A stretch of 63,701 nt of DNA from Octopus bimaculoides. Taxonomy: Eukaryota. Below the pieces are notes generated by a model, which saw only the letters and a program-made list of their open reading frames with translations, did no database searches and had not been told where the DNA came from. How positions within the stretch are numbered: position 1 is the first letter of the stretch; each line of letters opens with the position of its first letter. A program made the position numbers and the translations under genes. Below are positions 25,265 to 38,542 of the stretch, one piece after another. Location of the stretch: positions 33,973,372 through 34,037,072 of the forward strand of contig NC_069002.1 of the NCBI RefSeq assembly GCF_001194135.2. Direction: 5' to 3'.

Positions 25265-25851
25265 AAAAAAAGTGTAGTAAATAGACATGAATATATACTA
25301 AATACACAGACGAACAGAAAACGCAAAAGGTTACCAACTTCTCTTCAGTTATCGGCCAGAGGGTCAAAGCGCAACTTCGGCCATTATCGAAAAAACTTGC
25401 CTGGGATGGGGCCAAAACACATCGAGACGCGACGGTGTCGAGACGAGACCGTCATTCAATGGACGAGGGGCTAAGCAAGAAACCGAATAAAAAGATTCGG
25501 GCCACACGAAAACAACAATTATACAGCAAAAATGCCTTAGAGCTACAAGACAAGTAACGTGAGGGAGAAATGAAAAGTATCCTAAAGGACTATAAACTCG
25601 GGACGGCTAGAGTGTAGCGCTCAGAAAATCGTGACCTGTAAGGTCTGGATTTTCTGAGTTCCTCGAGTATCTGAGCCCACCTCGTCTTATGTTTTGGTCC
25701 CATTACCGGTAAGTGTCTTACCCGCGCCCCCAGAGTGGAATCGATATTATCGATAAAAGCCGATAACTGAAGAAGAGTTGGTGACATGTGTTTTCTGTTT
25801 GAATGTATATTTAGTATATATTCGTATGTTAATTTATTACACTCTTTTTTT
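25265..25851. repeat. Diverged about 155-bp inverted repeats enclosing a 270-bp core (foldback/MITE-like)
   Basis: aaaaaaagtgtagtaaat..gaatatatactaaata..aacagaaaac..accaacttctcttcagttatcggc..ggggccaaaacac is mirrored on the minus strand from 25851 to about 25688. The two ORFs share HEYILN/YEYILN..LQLSA..MGPKH. Confidence 0.75.
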
Positions 25852-26290
25852 AAAATTATACATACATACATACATACATAGCAAATGTGAGACGGAAGAT
25901 GGAATATACAATAATTTATTATTAATCACTACAATTGTCTCGACGCACCTAGCATCGATCCCTCGTGTAGGACATTCAACAACTGGTTCAAGAGCATCCA
26001 GTCGTGCAGATGTATCTCGTCGGGTGATAAATATACACAACTCGTTAAAATAATAGTTCTGCAATGTAACTTCTCGTTTTATAGAAAGAAAAGCAGCCAG
26101 ACGGAGGAAATCTCTTCATTTATATAGGAGACCCACAATAAAATCACAGACGGCAAAAAGAGAAATGAACATGCAATCCAGCGAGAAAAGTATATATACA
26201 CACAACACAAGTGTGTCATATTTTCCGTTTGTTGTCTTTTATTTAATCCTGAAAATATTTATGTACCGTAAGCACTGATTAACTTTTTAC

Positions 26291-26330
<40 letters not shown>

Positions 26331-26383
26331 CGTGTGATAGTAGCGTGTCTGTCAATATGTGTGCCTATGTCTTCGTTACTGGG

Positions 26384-26506
26384 TGACAACCGTTGTTTCA
26401 GTCCCCGCAAATGATAATGCAACAGCACTGGAATATTTTCGGATAATAGAAAATCTTCAAGGAGGTCCCCTGGCATGGCCAGAGTCTGAGGCTGAAACAA
26501 GTAAAG
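26384..26506 (+). mobile_element. SINE family B 3' half, diverged
   Basis: gacaaccgttgtttcagtccccg and aaaatcttcaaggaggtcccctggcatggcc..ctgaaacaagtaaag match the family B 3' half and tail. Confidence 0.55.
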
Positions 26507-26586
26507 GTAAATTATAAAAGAAATTTATAAACACATGTTTATATATACATAGCCATATCTCTACACATGCACACATATCCTTATAC

Positions 26587-26617
<31 letters not shown>

Positions 26618-27785
26618 NNNNNNNNNNNNNNNNNNNNNNNNNNNNNNNNNNNNNNNNATATATGCTCAATATTTACACATGATACTCACACACGCGCACA
26701 CACATATGTAATACATATATTGATGATCAAGTAGTTTGTGGTAGACTAGTAGTGCCTACGTTTAGAAGACTTTCCGAAATGGATAGTCAAGTAATTCTAC
26801 TGAGCCATTGGTTTTGCTCCAAAATATAAATGACAAAACCTTTTTTCTCTTATCTTTCAAGGGAACAATAATTGGTCTACTCCATATAGAATGTAACAAT
26901 TTTCTAAATCTACAGATGCTGTCCCTTATATTCTGAGACAGAAAAAAACGTAATTTAAACATCGTATGTACTGATTACAGTGGGGTTAAAAATATGTTTT
27001 TGCTATAATCGCACACCTGAACATGTTGTATTGTCTCTATTTATAAGCAGCCCGTTGTATTGTATATACTTGAAAATAGAAGAAAAAAAAAATAACATAT
27101 TTGAGGTTATTTTTACCATTTTGCTATTACGGCTTTGTATAAGCAAGGTAACAGGGATATGATTTTAAATTGCAGCATTTTCTAAACTGAAATGATTTTA
27201 ATATTACCAGAGTAAATAAGACGTCATGCATACAAGAAACAATATATTTTGTAAATGTTTATTTAAAGTATAATAGCAGCTACATAGAAGAGAAAATTAA
27301 AGAAAGATCTGTCAGAGATTATCAACGAGAATATTCCAACATTTTCGTATATACTACTCTTTCATTTTAATTGTCTTCACATATTTTTATTTTCGTTTAC
27401 CTTTCCCTCATGCTTTCTGTTTTGGCTGAGAGAGAGAGAGAGAGACAAAAAGAAAGAAAAAATGAGTACCGTCGTAAGCTGTGTTTATCATCATTTGGAA
27501 TAACTATGTTATCTAGTTTGGCTACATTTTTCTCAGTAGACATTGTACGACTCACTTTCTCGCATTCCACACCTGTTTTTACATTAAAAATGAAATATTG
27601 CAGTACATTTATAGTACATTTTGAACGTAAATGACTATCATTGTATACCTGCTTCACTCTTATCCAACTGCATTTAGAATTAATTCAATATTTATTCTAG
27701 CTACTTATCGGAAAATATTAATTCTGTTGTGTTTTCCTTGGCGTGTATAAGCAATCAGATGTTTTCGATCGGTTTACACAACCGA

Positions 27786-28180
27786 GGCTGTGTGGTAAGA
27801 AGTTTGCTTCTCAAAGACATGGTTCCAGGTTCAATCAAAGTGCATGGAACCATGGGCAAGTGTTTTCTGCTAGAACACCGAGCCGACCAACATCTCCCTA
27901 GTTGATTTGGTAGACAGAAATAGCCTTATATATATATACATATACATATATGTGTGTGTGTGTGTGGGGGGGATCTTTGTGTCTGTTTCTTGCCCCGACC
28001 CCACCAACACTGGACAACGGTTTCGGTTTGTTTGCGTCCCCGTTACATTATGGTTCGACAAATGATGCTGATAGAATAAGTACCAGATTTATTGGCGTTG
28101 ATTCATTCATTTGACTGAAAATTCAATGTGCTGCCCCAGCATGGCCGCAGTCTAATGACTGAAGCTAAAATCTAAAAGAC
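27786..28180 (+). mobile_element. SINE family B (CORE-SINE, OR2-like), full-length diverged copy with internal (TA)(TG) microsatellite
   Basis: ggctgtgtggtaag head, ggttcaatc B-box, catgggcaagtgttttct CORE, internal microsatellite, gatagaataagtacc, tail gccccagcatggccgcagtctaatgactgaa. Confidence 0.8.
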
Positions 28181-28573
28181 AAGAACACTGCAAAACAACT
28201 ATTGGCGTGCTTGTTTGCTTTAGCTGACTCGTTAATAGTTCCGTGTATGTCAAATATATATATTACTGATAGTATGTGTCACACTTCCGTTCTTTCCTTT
28301 GAAATTTAAGCTGTACACGTTATAAGCTAGAATATATAAATCGACTGTAGTCTGACATAGATGATGCATAGAAAAGTGTTTCATAATCATTTTGGTTCAT
28401 TTTGTTTGTCTTTTTCTCTTCTTACTGTTTGTATTATCGTTGGAATCAAAGTAAAAAATTTGTTTAAGTAGACCGTCTGATGAAAAGCAGTACCTTCACT
28501 CATTTTCTGGTTATCTTAATCCTGTATGCAAACTAAATTTGTGTCTCCGCTTTCTCAATAGAAATCTCTTCAA

Positions 28574-28611
<38 letters not shown>

Positions 28612-29169
28612 AATAAGAAATAGAAAGTGCTTCTTACTATTTCGTATATTTGTAAAAAAAAAAAATGAATAGAAATGGCTCTTTTGATAATTTCCCCACT
28701 TTAATAATTAGATTTTTATAAATTATTTGGTGTTTACAAATGGTTGTATACAAATGTTAACTTGTTATCAGCTTCTCGCTTAAAAGCGGTTTTCAATCTG
28801 ATAGTTTAGTGTTGGTTATCCACTGTGTTTAGGGTTGTTTAACAACAAACATACGCTCACATGCATACATATGCACGCACAGGTACACATCCACATATGT
28901 ATACGTAAGGACGAGCTATTATATGCATACATGGAGATTATGCATTTATATACGTGTGTAAGCGTGGGGTATGTATATAGGTAAATTAGTTTCCATATTT
29001 CATAAATTAATAATGCACAACTTTTATCTAAATCTTTCATCAAATCAAATCATCTAAACCATTATAATACAAGACATTATATATAAAACTAGCGACAATC
29101 CATAACAATTTCAGATTGTGTCTACGCTTACTCAGCCGTAACAACAATGGAGGTGAATGTATTTATGAG

Positions 29170-29665
29170 GGAATGATCCGTGGAGATGAGAGATAGGCTC
29201 CCCACAGTTGGGCAGAGTTGCTAGCGAGAAAGAAATCTGAGAAAACCTTCCACAGAAAATGTAATGCTCAACAGTTTTGGGGAGTGGACCTAAAGCAGTC
29301 ACCAGTGTAATCCACAGAGAAATGGAGGCCAACAAACGGAAACCAGCAATCTGCCCCAAACACCGACGTCTATTGCAGAAGAAAGCGTTACATTTGTACA
29401 ACAATGCATGACCGCCCACACCATTGAAACCTTTGGATAATTGGGTTTCGAGTGATTGGAACAGCCTGCATATCGTGCATATTACCTACTGTTCGACTAC
29501 TACCTCTTTGAACCACGCACACATCCTTCACGAGGTCGACAATTATCTATGGACGACGAAGTGAAGGCGGCACTACATAAATGACTGCATGACTTCGAAA
29601 ATCTTCGATAGAATAAGCAAGCTTGTGAACTACTAGAAACAGCGTACAGAAAATAACTATTCAAC
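29170..29665 (+). mobile_element. Mariner (DD34D-type) transposase pseudogene fragment
   Basis: Broken frames: MIRGDER*..PSTENVML..KRKPAICPKHRRLLQKKALHLYNNA*P..TIETF.*LGFE*LEQPAY..DYYLFEP..RGRQLSMDDEVKAALHK*L, matching mariner TGDETW, PSAGKVML, KLKPAIRSKRRGLL..LHDNARPH, LEHPPYSPDLAPSDYHLF, DEEVKEAVH.W. Confidence 0.75.
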
Positions 29666-31024
29666 CTCTGCTTATAGAAACAAGATTGCGGACTTAACCT
29701 CGTATGTTTAAGATATCCGTAAGTTCTATCTGCAACCAATGCCGAACTATGCTAATTGTGGGCTATGGTATTGGGAACATTTTGCTGAACATCATAAACA
29801 TCATACGGTAAAATGTATAATTTTCAAAATATTGTGCCAAACGCACACTCATATGTGTTTATGTTTACATGAACGTGTATTTATTTTTCTCTCTCAGATT
29901 TATTTTAACTAATTCCCATTGTTGCATTTGTCTCTCGATCATAGCCTATTTTTTATCCATATGCAGCAATTTCAAATCTCTCTCCAATACACTCATTAAC
30001 CAATTTTTTTTTCACATTTCCTTATGAAATGTCCGAAAGCTTGAACCGATCGGAATGCACTGTGAAGAAATTAAATATATCTACGTAAATGAAACGCTAG
30101 ATGTTTTTTTTTTTTTGTCCTCTACAATTCCAAAATAATTCTCGATAATTCTTTTAACGTTATCGTGCATTTATATCCATTTTTGACACGCGAACACATG
30201 CACATACGCGCGCGCACACACACACACAAGCACACACAAATACATACATCTACATGTAGTAAATTGCTATGTGTGTACACTATATTCCGATATGTGTGTC
30301 GCCAGCCAAAAAGAACGTAAGTAATAAAATATTGTAATTATAAACTAGGCCAACGGTTCATGTTAAATTGATTTGTTCTTGTAGTTATGCGTTGTGACAA
30401 ACATATTGAAACACCGGTTTCACAGAATCCCTTTTACTGTATAATGGAGTGCTTAATGAACAAAATCACTCAAGTGATTAACATATGCAAATCAACGTCG
30501 TATGTATATACATTTTAAAATTAATTAAACCGATTAGAACTACCAGTGAAGTCATTCTTTTTTGAAATATATCTAACTGTACCAGAAGCTACACACATTT
30601 TCCTACCCAATCCTGTTCATACAACGACTGGGGCAAACTAGTCGGTATACAGCACTTACTCGGTATTACCTGTATCCTCTTGGGTTTGGTTAAATCCAAT
30701 ACCCTCCTCAACCTTATATATATATATATNNNNNNNNNNNNNNNNNNNNNNNNNNNNNNNNNNNNNNNNNNNNNNNNNNNNNNNNNNNNNNNNNNNNNNN
30801 NNNNNNNNNNNNNNNNNNNNNNNNNNNNNNNNNNNNNNNNNNNNNNNNNNNNNNNNNNNNNNNNNNNNNNNNNNNNNNNNNNNNNNNNNNNNNNNNNNNN
30901 NNNNNNNNNNNNNNNNNNNNNNNNNNNNNNNNNNNNNNNNNNNNNNNNNNNNNNNNNNNNNNNNNNNNNNNNNNNNNNNNNNNNNNNNNNNNNNNNNNNN
31001 NNNNNNNNNNNNNNNNNNNNNNNN

Positions 31025-31066
<42 letters not shown>

Positions 31067-31150
31067 TGTGTGTGTATGTGTATTTATGTATGTATATATA
31101 TATATGTGCATTTATATGTATATGAGTGTATACATATGTGCATTTATATG

Positions 31151-31182
<32 letters not shown>

Positions 31183-31269
31183 CATATATGTGTATATATG
31201 TATATATAGTTCACAATGTACAAATAGCAAAACACTGAAGACAGACAGGTGAGGGGAAAGAAATTTTGT

Positions 31270-31400
31270 TAGCTTGACGCTCAGGAATAATTGACGCATC
31301 TTTGATGTTTCGAGCCCACGTTCTCCTTCACCAAGGAATGAGGAAAGAAATTACGGAAAGACGAAAGAAAACGGAAAGAGAAAATAAATGTGTCTAGTTT
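31270..31400 (-). mobile_element. Penelope pseudo-LTR-like remnant with decayed hammerhead motif
   Basis: Minus strand ttcc-TTGGTGA-aggagaacgtgggctc-GAAAC-ATC-aaaga (31337 to 31299): hammerhead layout with several core substitutions. Confidence 0.3.
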
Positions 31401-32351
31401 AACGGTTTCAGATGTTGAATTAACCGGAAGGAAGGAAGTGATTTAGGGAACGAAGTCGGTGGAAAATGAGAAAACATGTGTGCATGGACGAGCACGAATG
31501 TATGTGTATGTGGGCAAGCTTTACCGCAGTGTGATGATTGTGAGCGTGTGTATATCTAGATGTGGGAGTGAGTGTGTGTGTCATAAAACAAGTGCATGCG
31601 CTATTTGATGTGACATGCGCATCTATATGTGTGGCAGTGTACGAGGTTGTGTGAGGTTATCATATGTCTCCGAAAACGTATGTTCGTAACAGCCAATGTG
31701 TGCATTATGGTTTGTGAGAGCAGCATATGTGTGCGTGTATGCGCGCACGTGTGTGTATGTGACACTATTCCTGAGTGTGTATTATGTGTGTTTATGCATG
31801 AAGAACGGATGAGGTTGCTCGTCTTGTTAGTCGGTTAGTGTATTTAGGGCTGTCGGCTAAAATGTGTGTAGAAGGAGTCGATATGTGTGTTATATTCTGT
31901 GTTTGTGCATATGCATGTGTCTAACGATGCTTGTGTATGCGTGACAATGTCGGATGTATGTATATATGGGGGCCGACCTGCATAGAAGTGTGAGGTGGAA
32001 TAAGAGTGATGGATGTTAGAGGTGGGGAGGTGTTGGATGCTTGTGTTTGTAGATTGGGGAGATAGTTTGTTTGTGTGTGCCCATGTGCCTGTGCGTATGT
32101 GTAGGTGTATGCATATGATATAAGCGCATGATTGTTTGTGGTGTGGGTACAGAGTTTCACGGTGTAGATACGGTGTGTGGGTGTAGAGAAGGTTATCCAA
32201 TTGCACGCATGAGGCGGAAGGAGGTAGCGTCGAGGATGGGAGAGATTGTAGGAAGACGAATAGAATATGGGTTATGAATGGAGGCGGTAAACTTTGGTGA
32301 TGAGTTTGACGAGAACGCAGCCACTGAGGGAGGAATTATAGCTACTGAAAG

Positions 32352-32506
32352 TCTTTACTCTCTTTTAATTGTTTCAGTCAGTTTACTGTGGCCATGCTGG
32401 AGCACCACCTTTAGTCGAGCAAATCGACCCGAGGACTTATTCTTTGTTAGCCTAGTACTTATTCTATCGGTCACTTATGCCGAACCGCTAGATTACGGGG
32501 ACGTAA

Positions 32507-32547
<41 letters not shown>

Positions 32548-32709
32548 GACGACGGGCTTCTTTCAGTTTCCGTCTACCAAATCCACTCACAAGGCTTTGG
32601 TCGACCCGAGGTTATAGTAGAAGACACTTGCCCAAGATGCCACGCAGTGGGAATGAACCCGGAACCATGTGGTTGGTAGGCAAGCTACTTACCACGCACC
32701 CACTCCTAT
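32352..32709 (-). mobile_element. SINE family B, full length
   Basis: Well preserved: head, B-box ggttcattcccactgcgtgg, CORE cttgggcaagtgtcttctactat, internal (TA)(TG), tail ggtgctccagcatggccacag..actgaaacaa. Confidence 0.9.
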
Positions 32710-34756
32710 GGTCACTTTTTTTTAAAGCTTCAAGGAAGGTGGGAGGCGGCAGATAGAGAATGAGGTGAGATTCTGTTTGAGGAGATGGTGTAGAAGAAAA
32801 GAAAAATAGAGTTTAAGAAAATAAAAGAAATAGAAGGTAAGAAGATATATATCATCTGAAGAAGATATGATTTCTAGTCTGAAAATTTTTATTTGAATTT
32901 AAGAAAGACATTCATATTCAATTCTGTGATTTCGAAAATAACTCTCAATTTCCACCTTAAATTAACCCGATGAATTAAATTGATACAACTTGTATTTAAA
33001 TCAGAAATATTAAGAGTTAAATTAGAGACTTCTTAAATTGCACAGAAAAAAAAACAAAAACTTTGCTTGATGAATGTTTATGTAAGCACAAATAAAATAA
33101 ATAAAAAATTAAAGAAAATGAAATAAAACACGATAACCAACACTTAAAACCTCCGTTTAAAAATAGATACGTATTCTCAGACCTAAACTCACAAAATTAT
33201 TGGTTTAAACATTGATTTTAATTAGCAGACAAATGTTATCAAACAAACAAAGCTATATAATTATTATAAATATAGAAAAAAGAAAAAAAAGAAAAATCTC
33301 AGTGTATTTATTTTAAAAATACTGCTGGTTTATTCATTCTGTGAGTTCTGTATTTTCTTTTTTTGGTTGTGTCGTTATTTTTACTTCATTTTGATAATTA
33401 CTGCAAAAAATTTTGTCTGTAAAACAAAACAAAAAACTGAAATTATTATTTCGTGAAGATTGTAGATAATGACATATTGTATATACATATAGCCATTAGG
33501 GTAAAGTGTTCACAGAATCAAGAAAAAAAGATTAGGTTTTTTTTTAATCAAACTTAATTCAGATTTGCAAATTACAACAGACTAATATCCATTTACATTT
33601 AGGAAATTGTTCCAGCAATTTGAAATAAAATTGTACACACCGACATAGATGTATTTGTAGAAACACACGCACACATATGCGCTCGCATGCGCAATCATGC
33701 AAGTGGGCTTGACGTTCGACGCATTTTGAAAATTCCGAGAGAACGTGATACATTTCAGCTTCGAATGTTTTCTCTCGGGGCACATCTTAAAAGTTATCAC
33801 TGATGATCTGCAAATATTCTGTAGGTCTCTGTGCGTGTGTTCAATGCATACATACATAGATACACATATATATATATATATATAAAAGACAAAGTAGAAA
33901 ATGCTAAAATACTTTTATAAAAAACATTACAGTACCGGTTTCGATCCTTGAGATCTTTTCAAGAGTAAATATGAATAATAAATTTTTGAAAAATTAAATT
34001 TGGGTAAATTTAAAAGAAAAGTCTTTTTAAAAACATATTTGTATAGTATTCAAATACTAGGGGCATTTTTCTTCTTTCTGTCTGTCTCTGTTCCACTTGT
34101 TAACTCTTGTGGGTTTGAGGTCGTATATATATATTCAATGAAAAGAAGATTAAGAAAATTCTTTAACACATCTTTAATTGTAAGTTAGAAATGTTTGCGT
34201 ACCAACTCAGTTTGCAACACAATTTACGCGAAAATCCGTATGTATGTATGTATGTATGTATGTGTGTATGCATGCATGCATGTATGTGCAGATTTCTGTT
34301 TTATGCATGTATTCTCATCCATATAGTTGCATATCTAGACATGCTCATATATATTTAAATGATAAAATTCTTGAGAGTTTTACAGATTGTTCAGTTCCGG
34401 TGATCGATTGAATCTGTAGTCTTCGAATTAGCTTTCTCGTTTCTAGTTTTGAGAAGCCTAATTTCTCAAGATTAGTATTTAGGCAATGTATATATATATA
34501 TATATATATATNNNNNNNNNNNNNNNNNNNNNNNNNNNNNNNNNNNNNNNNNNNNNNNNNNNNNNNNNNNNNNNNNNNNNNNNNNNNNNNNNNNNNNNNN
34601 NNNNNNNNNNNNNNNNNNNNNNNNNNNNNNNNNNNNNNNNNNNNNNNNNNNNNNNNNNNNNNNNNNNNNNNNNNNNNNNNNNNNNNNNNNNNNNNNNNNN
34701 NNNNNNNNNNNNNNNNNNNNNNNNNNNNNNNNNNNNNNNNNNNNNNNNNNNNNNNN

Positions 34757-34788
<32 letters not shown>

Positions 34789-35139
34789 ATATATATATAT
34801 ATGTGTGTGTGTATGTATGCATCTATGATACGAACCTAGATTATAAGTCGTGATTGCTACACTATTTGGTATGTTGCATCCAAAGTGCAACGCATGAATA
34901 TAAAAGGTGCGATGGTGTGTCTGTAGATAATGGTATTTGCCTGTGATCTGAATATTGGTTTAGTAAGCCTGAAATTAAAATTGTTATGAAAAGTATTTGT
35001 ATGTATCAGTTGATATTTACATGAAGATAGTGCATTTGGCTGCACAGATGTGTTGAATGTTTGTATCATGTTGTTACGTTTGACTGTACATAGATGTTAT
35101 CAATTTAACGTATGAATTTTTTGCACTTTCAACAGAGCT

Positions 35140-35680
35140 ATGAACCGTGTTGGTTATGGTGGTGGTGGTGGTGGTGGTGGTGGTGTTTTAGTATTATGGT
35201 GTTGATTATGATGGTGATAATAACGATGATGTTGTTGATGATGATGATGATGATGATGTTGGCGGTGGTGCTGGTGGTGATGACAACTTCGATGACGGCA
35301 ATAGTGATGGTGATGTTGTTGATGACAATGATCATCATGTTGATGATGATGATGATGATTTTGATGACAACATCGATGACGACAACGGTGACGATAAGAT
35401 GATGTTGGCAGTGGTGGTGGTGGTGATAATCATGACGATGACGCCTTCGATGACGGCCATAGATGATGACGATGTCGTTGATGTTAGCGGTGGTGGTGGT
35501 AGTGGTGGTGATGACGATGACGGTAATGGATGATGGTGATGATAATGATGATCATGATGATGACGACGACGATGACGGCAATAGATAACGTTGATGTTGT
35601 TGATGAGGATGATAATGATGATGATGGTGATGATTATGATGACACCGCCTCCGACCACCACGACGACGTGACGGTGATGA
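35140..35680. repeat. (GAT)/(GGT)/(GAC) low-complexity block
   Basis: Imperfect trinucleotide runs; source of the poly-M/D/W ORFs. Confidence 0.9.
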
Positions 35681-36296
35681 CTTCGGGGAAAAACAACGGG
35701 TACAAAAATAGAAAAAATATATATATATATATAAAACATAGAAGGCACAGAAGGAAAAGAAAACAGAAAAAGACGTGAACAAAAGAACAAAACGAAACGA
35801 CAATGATCTACATATCAACGATAAACCGTGATAAACTGTTTGAAAGAATAAAATGCAAGACAACGAAACAAAGAAAAAACAGACACAAACGCGAAGGACA
35901 GAACGATGGAAGGAATGCGATAGTAAAAAGCAAAAACAGTCTGGCAAGAATGAATCTAAGACATGAGAAAACTTGGGTGCCAGACATATGCATTCATAAC
36001 TAAAGAAATGGTGGTGGTTGGTTTGGCGTTTGGTTTGTTGGTAACTCTACGCGATCGAAATGGTAAATTGCCAGAAGGGTATTTCTCTAATGCTGACCAG
36101 TATTGTTATTGATGTTGTCAAGCTTCTTTCTATTTCCTTGTTCAAAGAAGATTGGAACAGGTCTGCCGGTATATATATANNNNNNNNNNNNNNNNNNNNN
36201 NNNNNNNNNNNNNNNNNNNNNNNNNNNNNNNNNNNNNNNNNNNATATATATAGTGGAATCCGTGGAAAGATCTGCGAGAAAGAATTTTACACTGTC

Positions 36297-36338
<42 letters not shown>

Positions 36339-36612
36339 GCGAAATGACATATAGACAAAGAGGGAGCTTTATGAGAAGTAGTATAGAAGAGAGAATATAG
36401 AAGTTGAGGCAGAGAATGGAAATGACAGGTAATTATGTAGTGATCACTTTATCATAACAGACAACAATGAATTCCATGCATCTCACAAAATTGCTAAGAT
36501 ATACCGTATAATAGGCTTCCATTACATTCGTTTGTTCAGTTCTACATACTTATACACATATGCACACTTACACATCTATGATATAATATATACAACATAC
36601 AATATACATATT

Positions 36613-36657
<45 letters not shown>

Positions 36658-37498
36658 CAGCATGTTTACACACACACACACAACTTATATATGTATGCAT
36701 GTTTATATAATTAATTACTCGTAAGATTTGTTTGAATCAATGTATTTTAATATTCAGGATACGAAGCGAGGGAAGATATCTGCACATGGGTGTATATACC
36801 CTATGCAAATGCATTCGTATATACCCATGCATATGCGGACATATCTTTACACTTACATATGCGCATATGAATATATACACGCAAATATACACATATATTT
36901 GAAAATAAAGGTTACATGAAAACATATACATGTGTACCCCGTTCATGCAGATTCTTGATCCAACATAGCTAACGTTCTCGGTATGATGTTTAAAAAGAAA
37001 TAAGAAACACAAATGGATTAAAGATTCACTACAGCTTTTTCAGAGCCGTTAATCATTGATGAATAATTCGATTACATTTTGAAGATATAACTTTTACTTC
37101 ACACGAAAATTTCAAAATTTGATTTGGATAAAAAAAGAAAAAAAATCAAGATCAGCAATGTGGATTGATCCTGTCATTTAAGGATCAACTAAAAGAGGGA
37201 AAACATACAAAGGTTTACCCAGATATCTTAGGTTAAGATTTCAAGGGCCTATGGGCAATAAAACAATCTATGGGCAATATCACATGAGATAGATGACCAG
37301 ATATTTGTTTATAAATGTTCGTGTTCATAAATGCATCGAAGTGTGACACGAAAGAGTGTATGTAAAGTATGAGGTATCCTGAATGTGCCCTTCTCTTTCT
37401 CTGAATTGGTAATAATTTCTCTTTGGGATCCGAGGCATTTATCTTCACTACCCTACGGCAATAAACATTAATCTAACATACCTACTCTCTCCTCACAG

Positions 37499-37606
<108 letters not shown>

Positions 37607-37614
37607 TTGGTTGT

Positions 37615-37770
37615 ATAGGCGCTGGCGTGGCTGTATGGTAAGACACTTGCTTCCTAACCACATAGCGACTAATTCAGTCCCACTGTGTGGCATGTTAGTG
37701 AAGTATCGTCTACTCTAGACACGGGATGAACAAAGACTTGTGAATTTTGCAACCAGAAACTGAAACAAGC
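37615..37770 (+). mobile_element. SINE family B 5' half, diverged
   Basis: taggcgctggcgtggctgtatggtaag..ttcagtcccactgtgtggc..agaaactgaaacaagcc. Confidence 0.7.
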
Positions 37771-38542
37771 CTCATTTTCATCGTTTGACATTTGCGCATA
37801 AAAGTTTCCAACGTCAGCAAACACCAGAAAATAAAAATCATGGAAAAATATGGAATAATGAGAACACTGAAACTAGTCCTATTCAACCAAGGTAAGTATA
37901 CATCATGCATCTTATCCACAAAACGGAAAATGTGAGGACGATGAAAACCACCGTGAACTAAATGAGGCTGTTTTCCAAAATAGAGGCGAACACCTTTCTC
38001 AATGTGATTGGCTTTATAGATTGTTATGTCACTAAGATATTTTCCTACTTTTCTTAACATGAAAACAATGGTAGATTTAATTCGCAAATAAAGATATTAT
38101 ATCCGCCAATGCGGTGTTGAGCACTAATTTTCAACGTTCGACATTTAAGTATATATATATATATATATATATATATNNNNNNNNNNNNNNNNNNNNNNNN
38201 NNNNNNNNNNNNNNNNNNNNNNNNNNNNNNNNNNNNNNNNNNNNNNNNNNNNNNNNNNNNNNNNNNNNNNNNNNNNNNNNNNNNNNNNNNNNNNNNNNNN
38301 NNNNNNNNNNNNNNNNNNNNNNNNNNNNNNNNNNNNNNNNNNNNNNNNNNNNNNNNNNNNNNNNNNNNNNNNNNNNNNNNNNNNNNNNNNNNNNNNNNNN
38401 NNNNNNNNNNNNNNNNNNNNNNNNNNNNNNNNNNNNNNNNATATATATATATATACAATGTGTCAGGAAATTTCAGTAAAATACTCTGATGGGATCGAAG
38501 AAAATCAAACGAAATTTATACTGAATAAAATATACATGCAAA

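Noticed and set aside
37839-37895. ATG..MEKYGIMRTLKLVLFNQ followed by AAG|gtaagt (possible first exon)
   Set aside because: A single donor site directly downstream of a SINE fragment; no promoter or downstream exon support.
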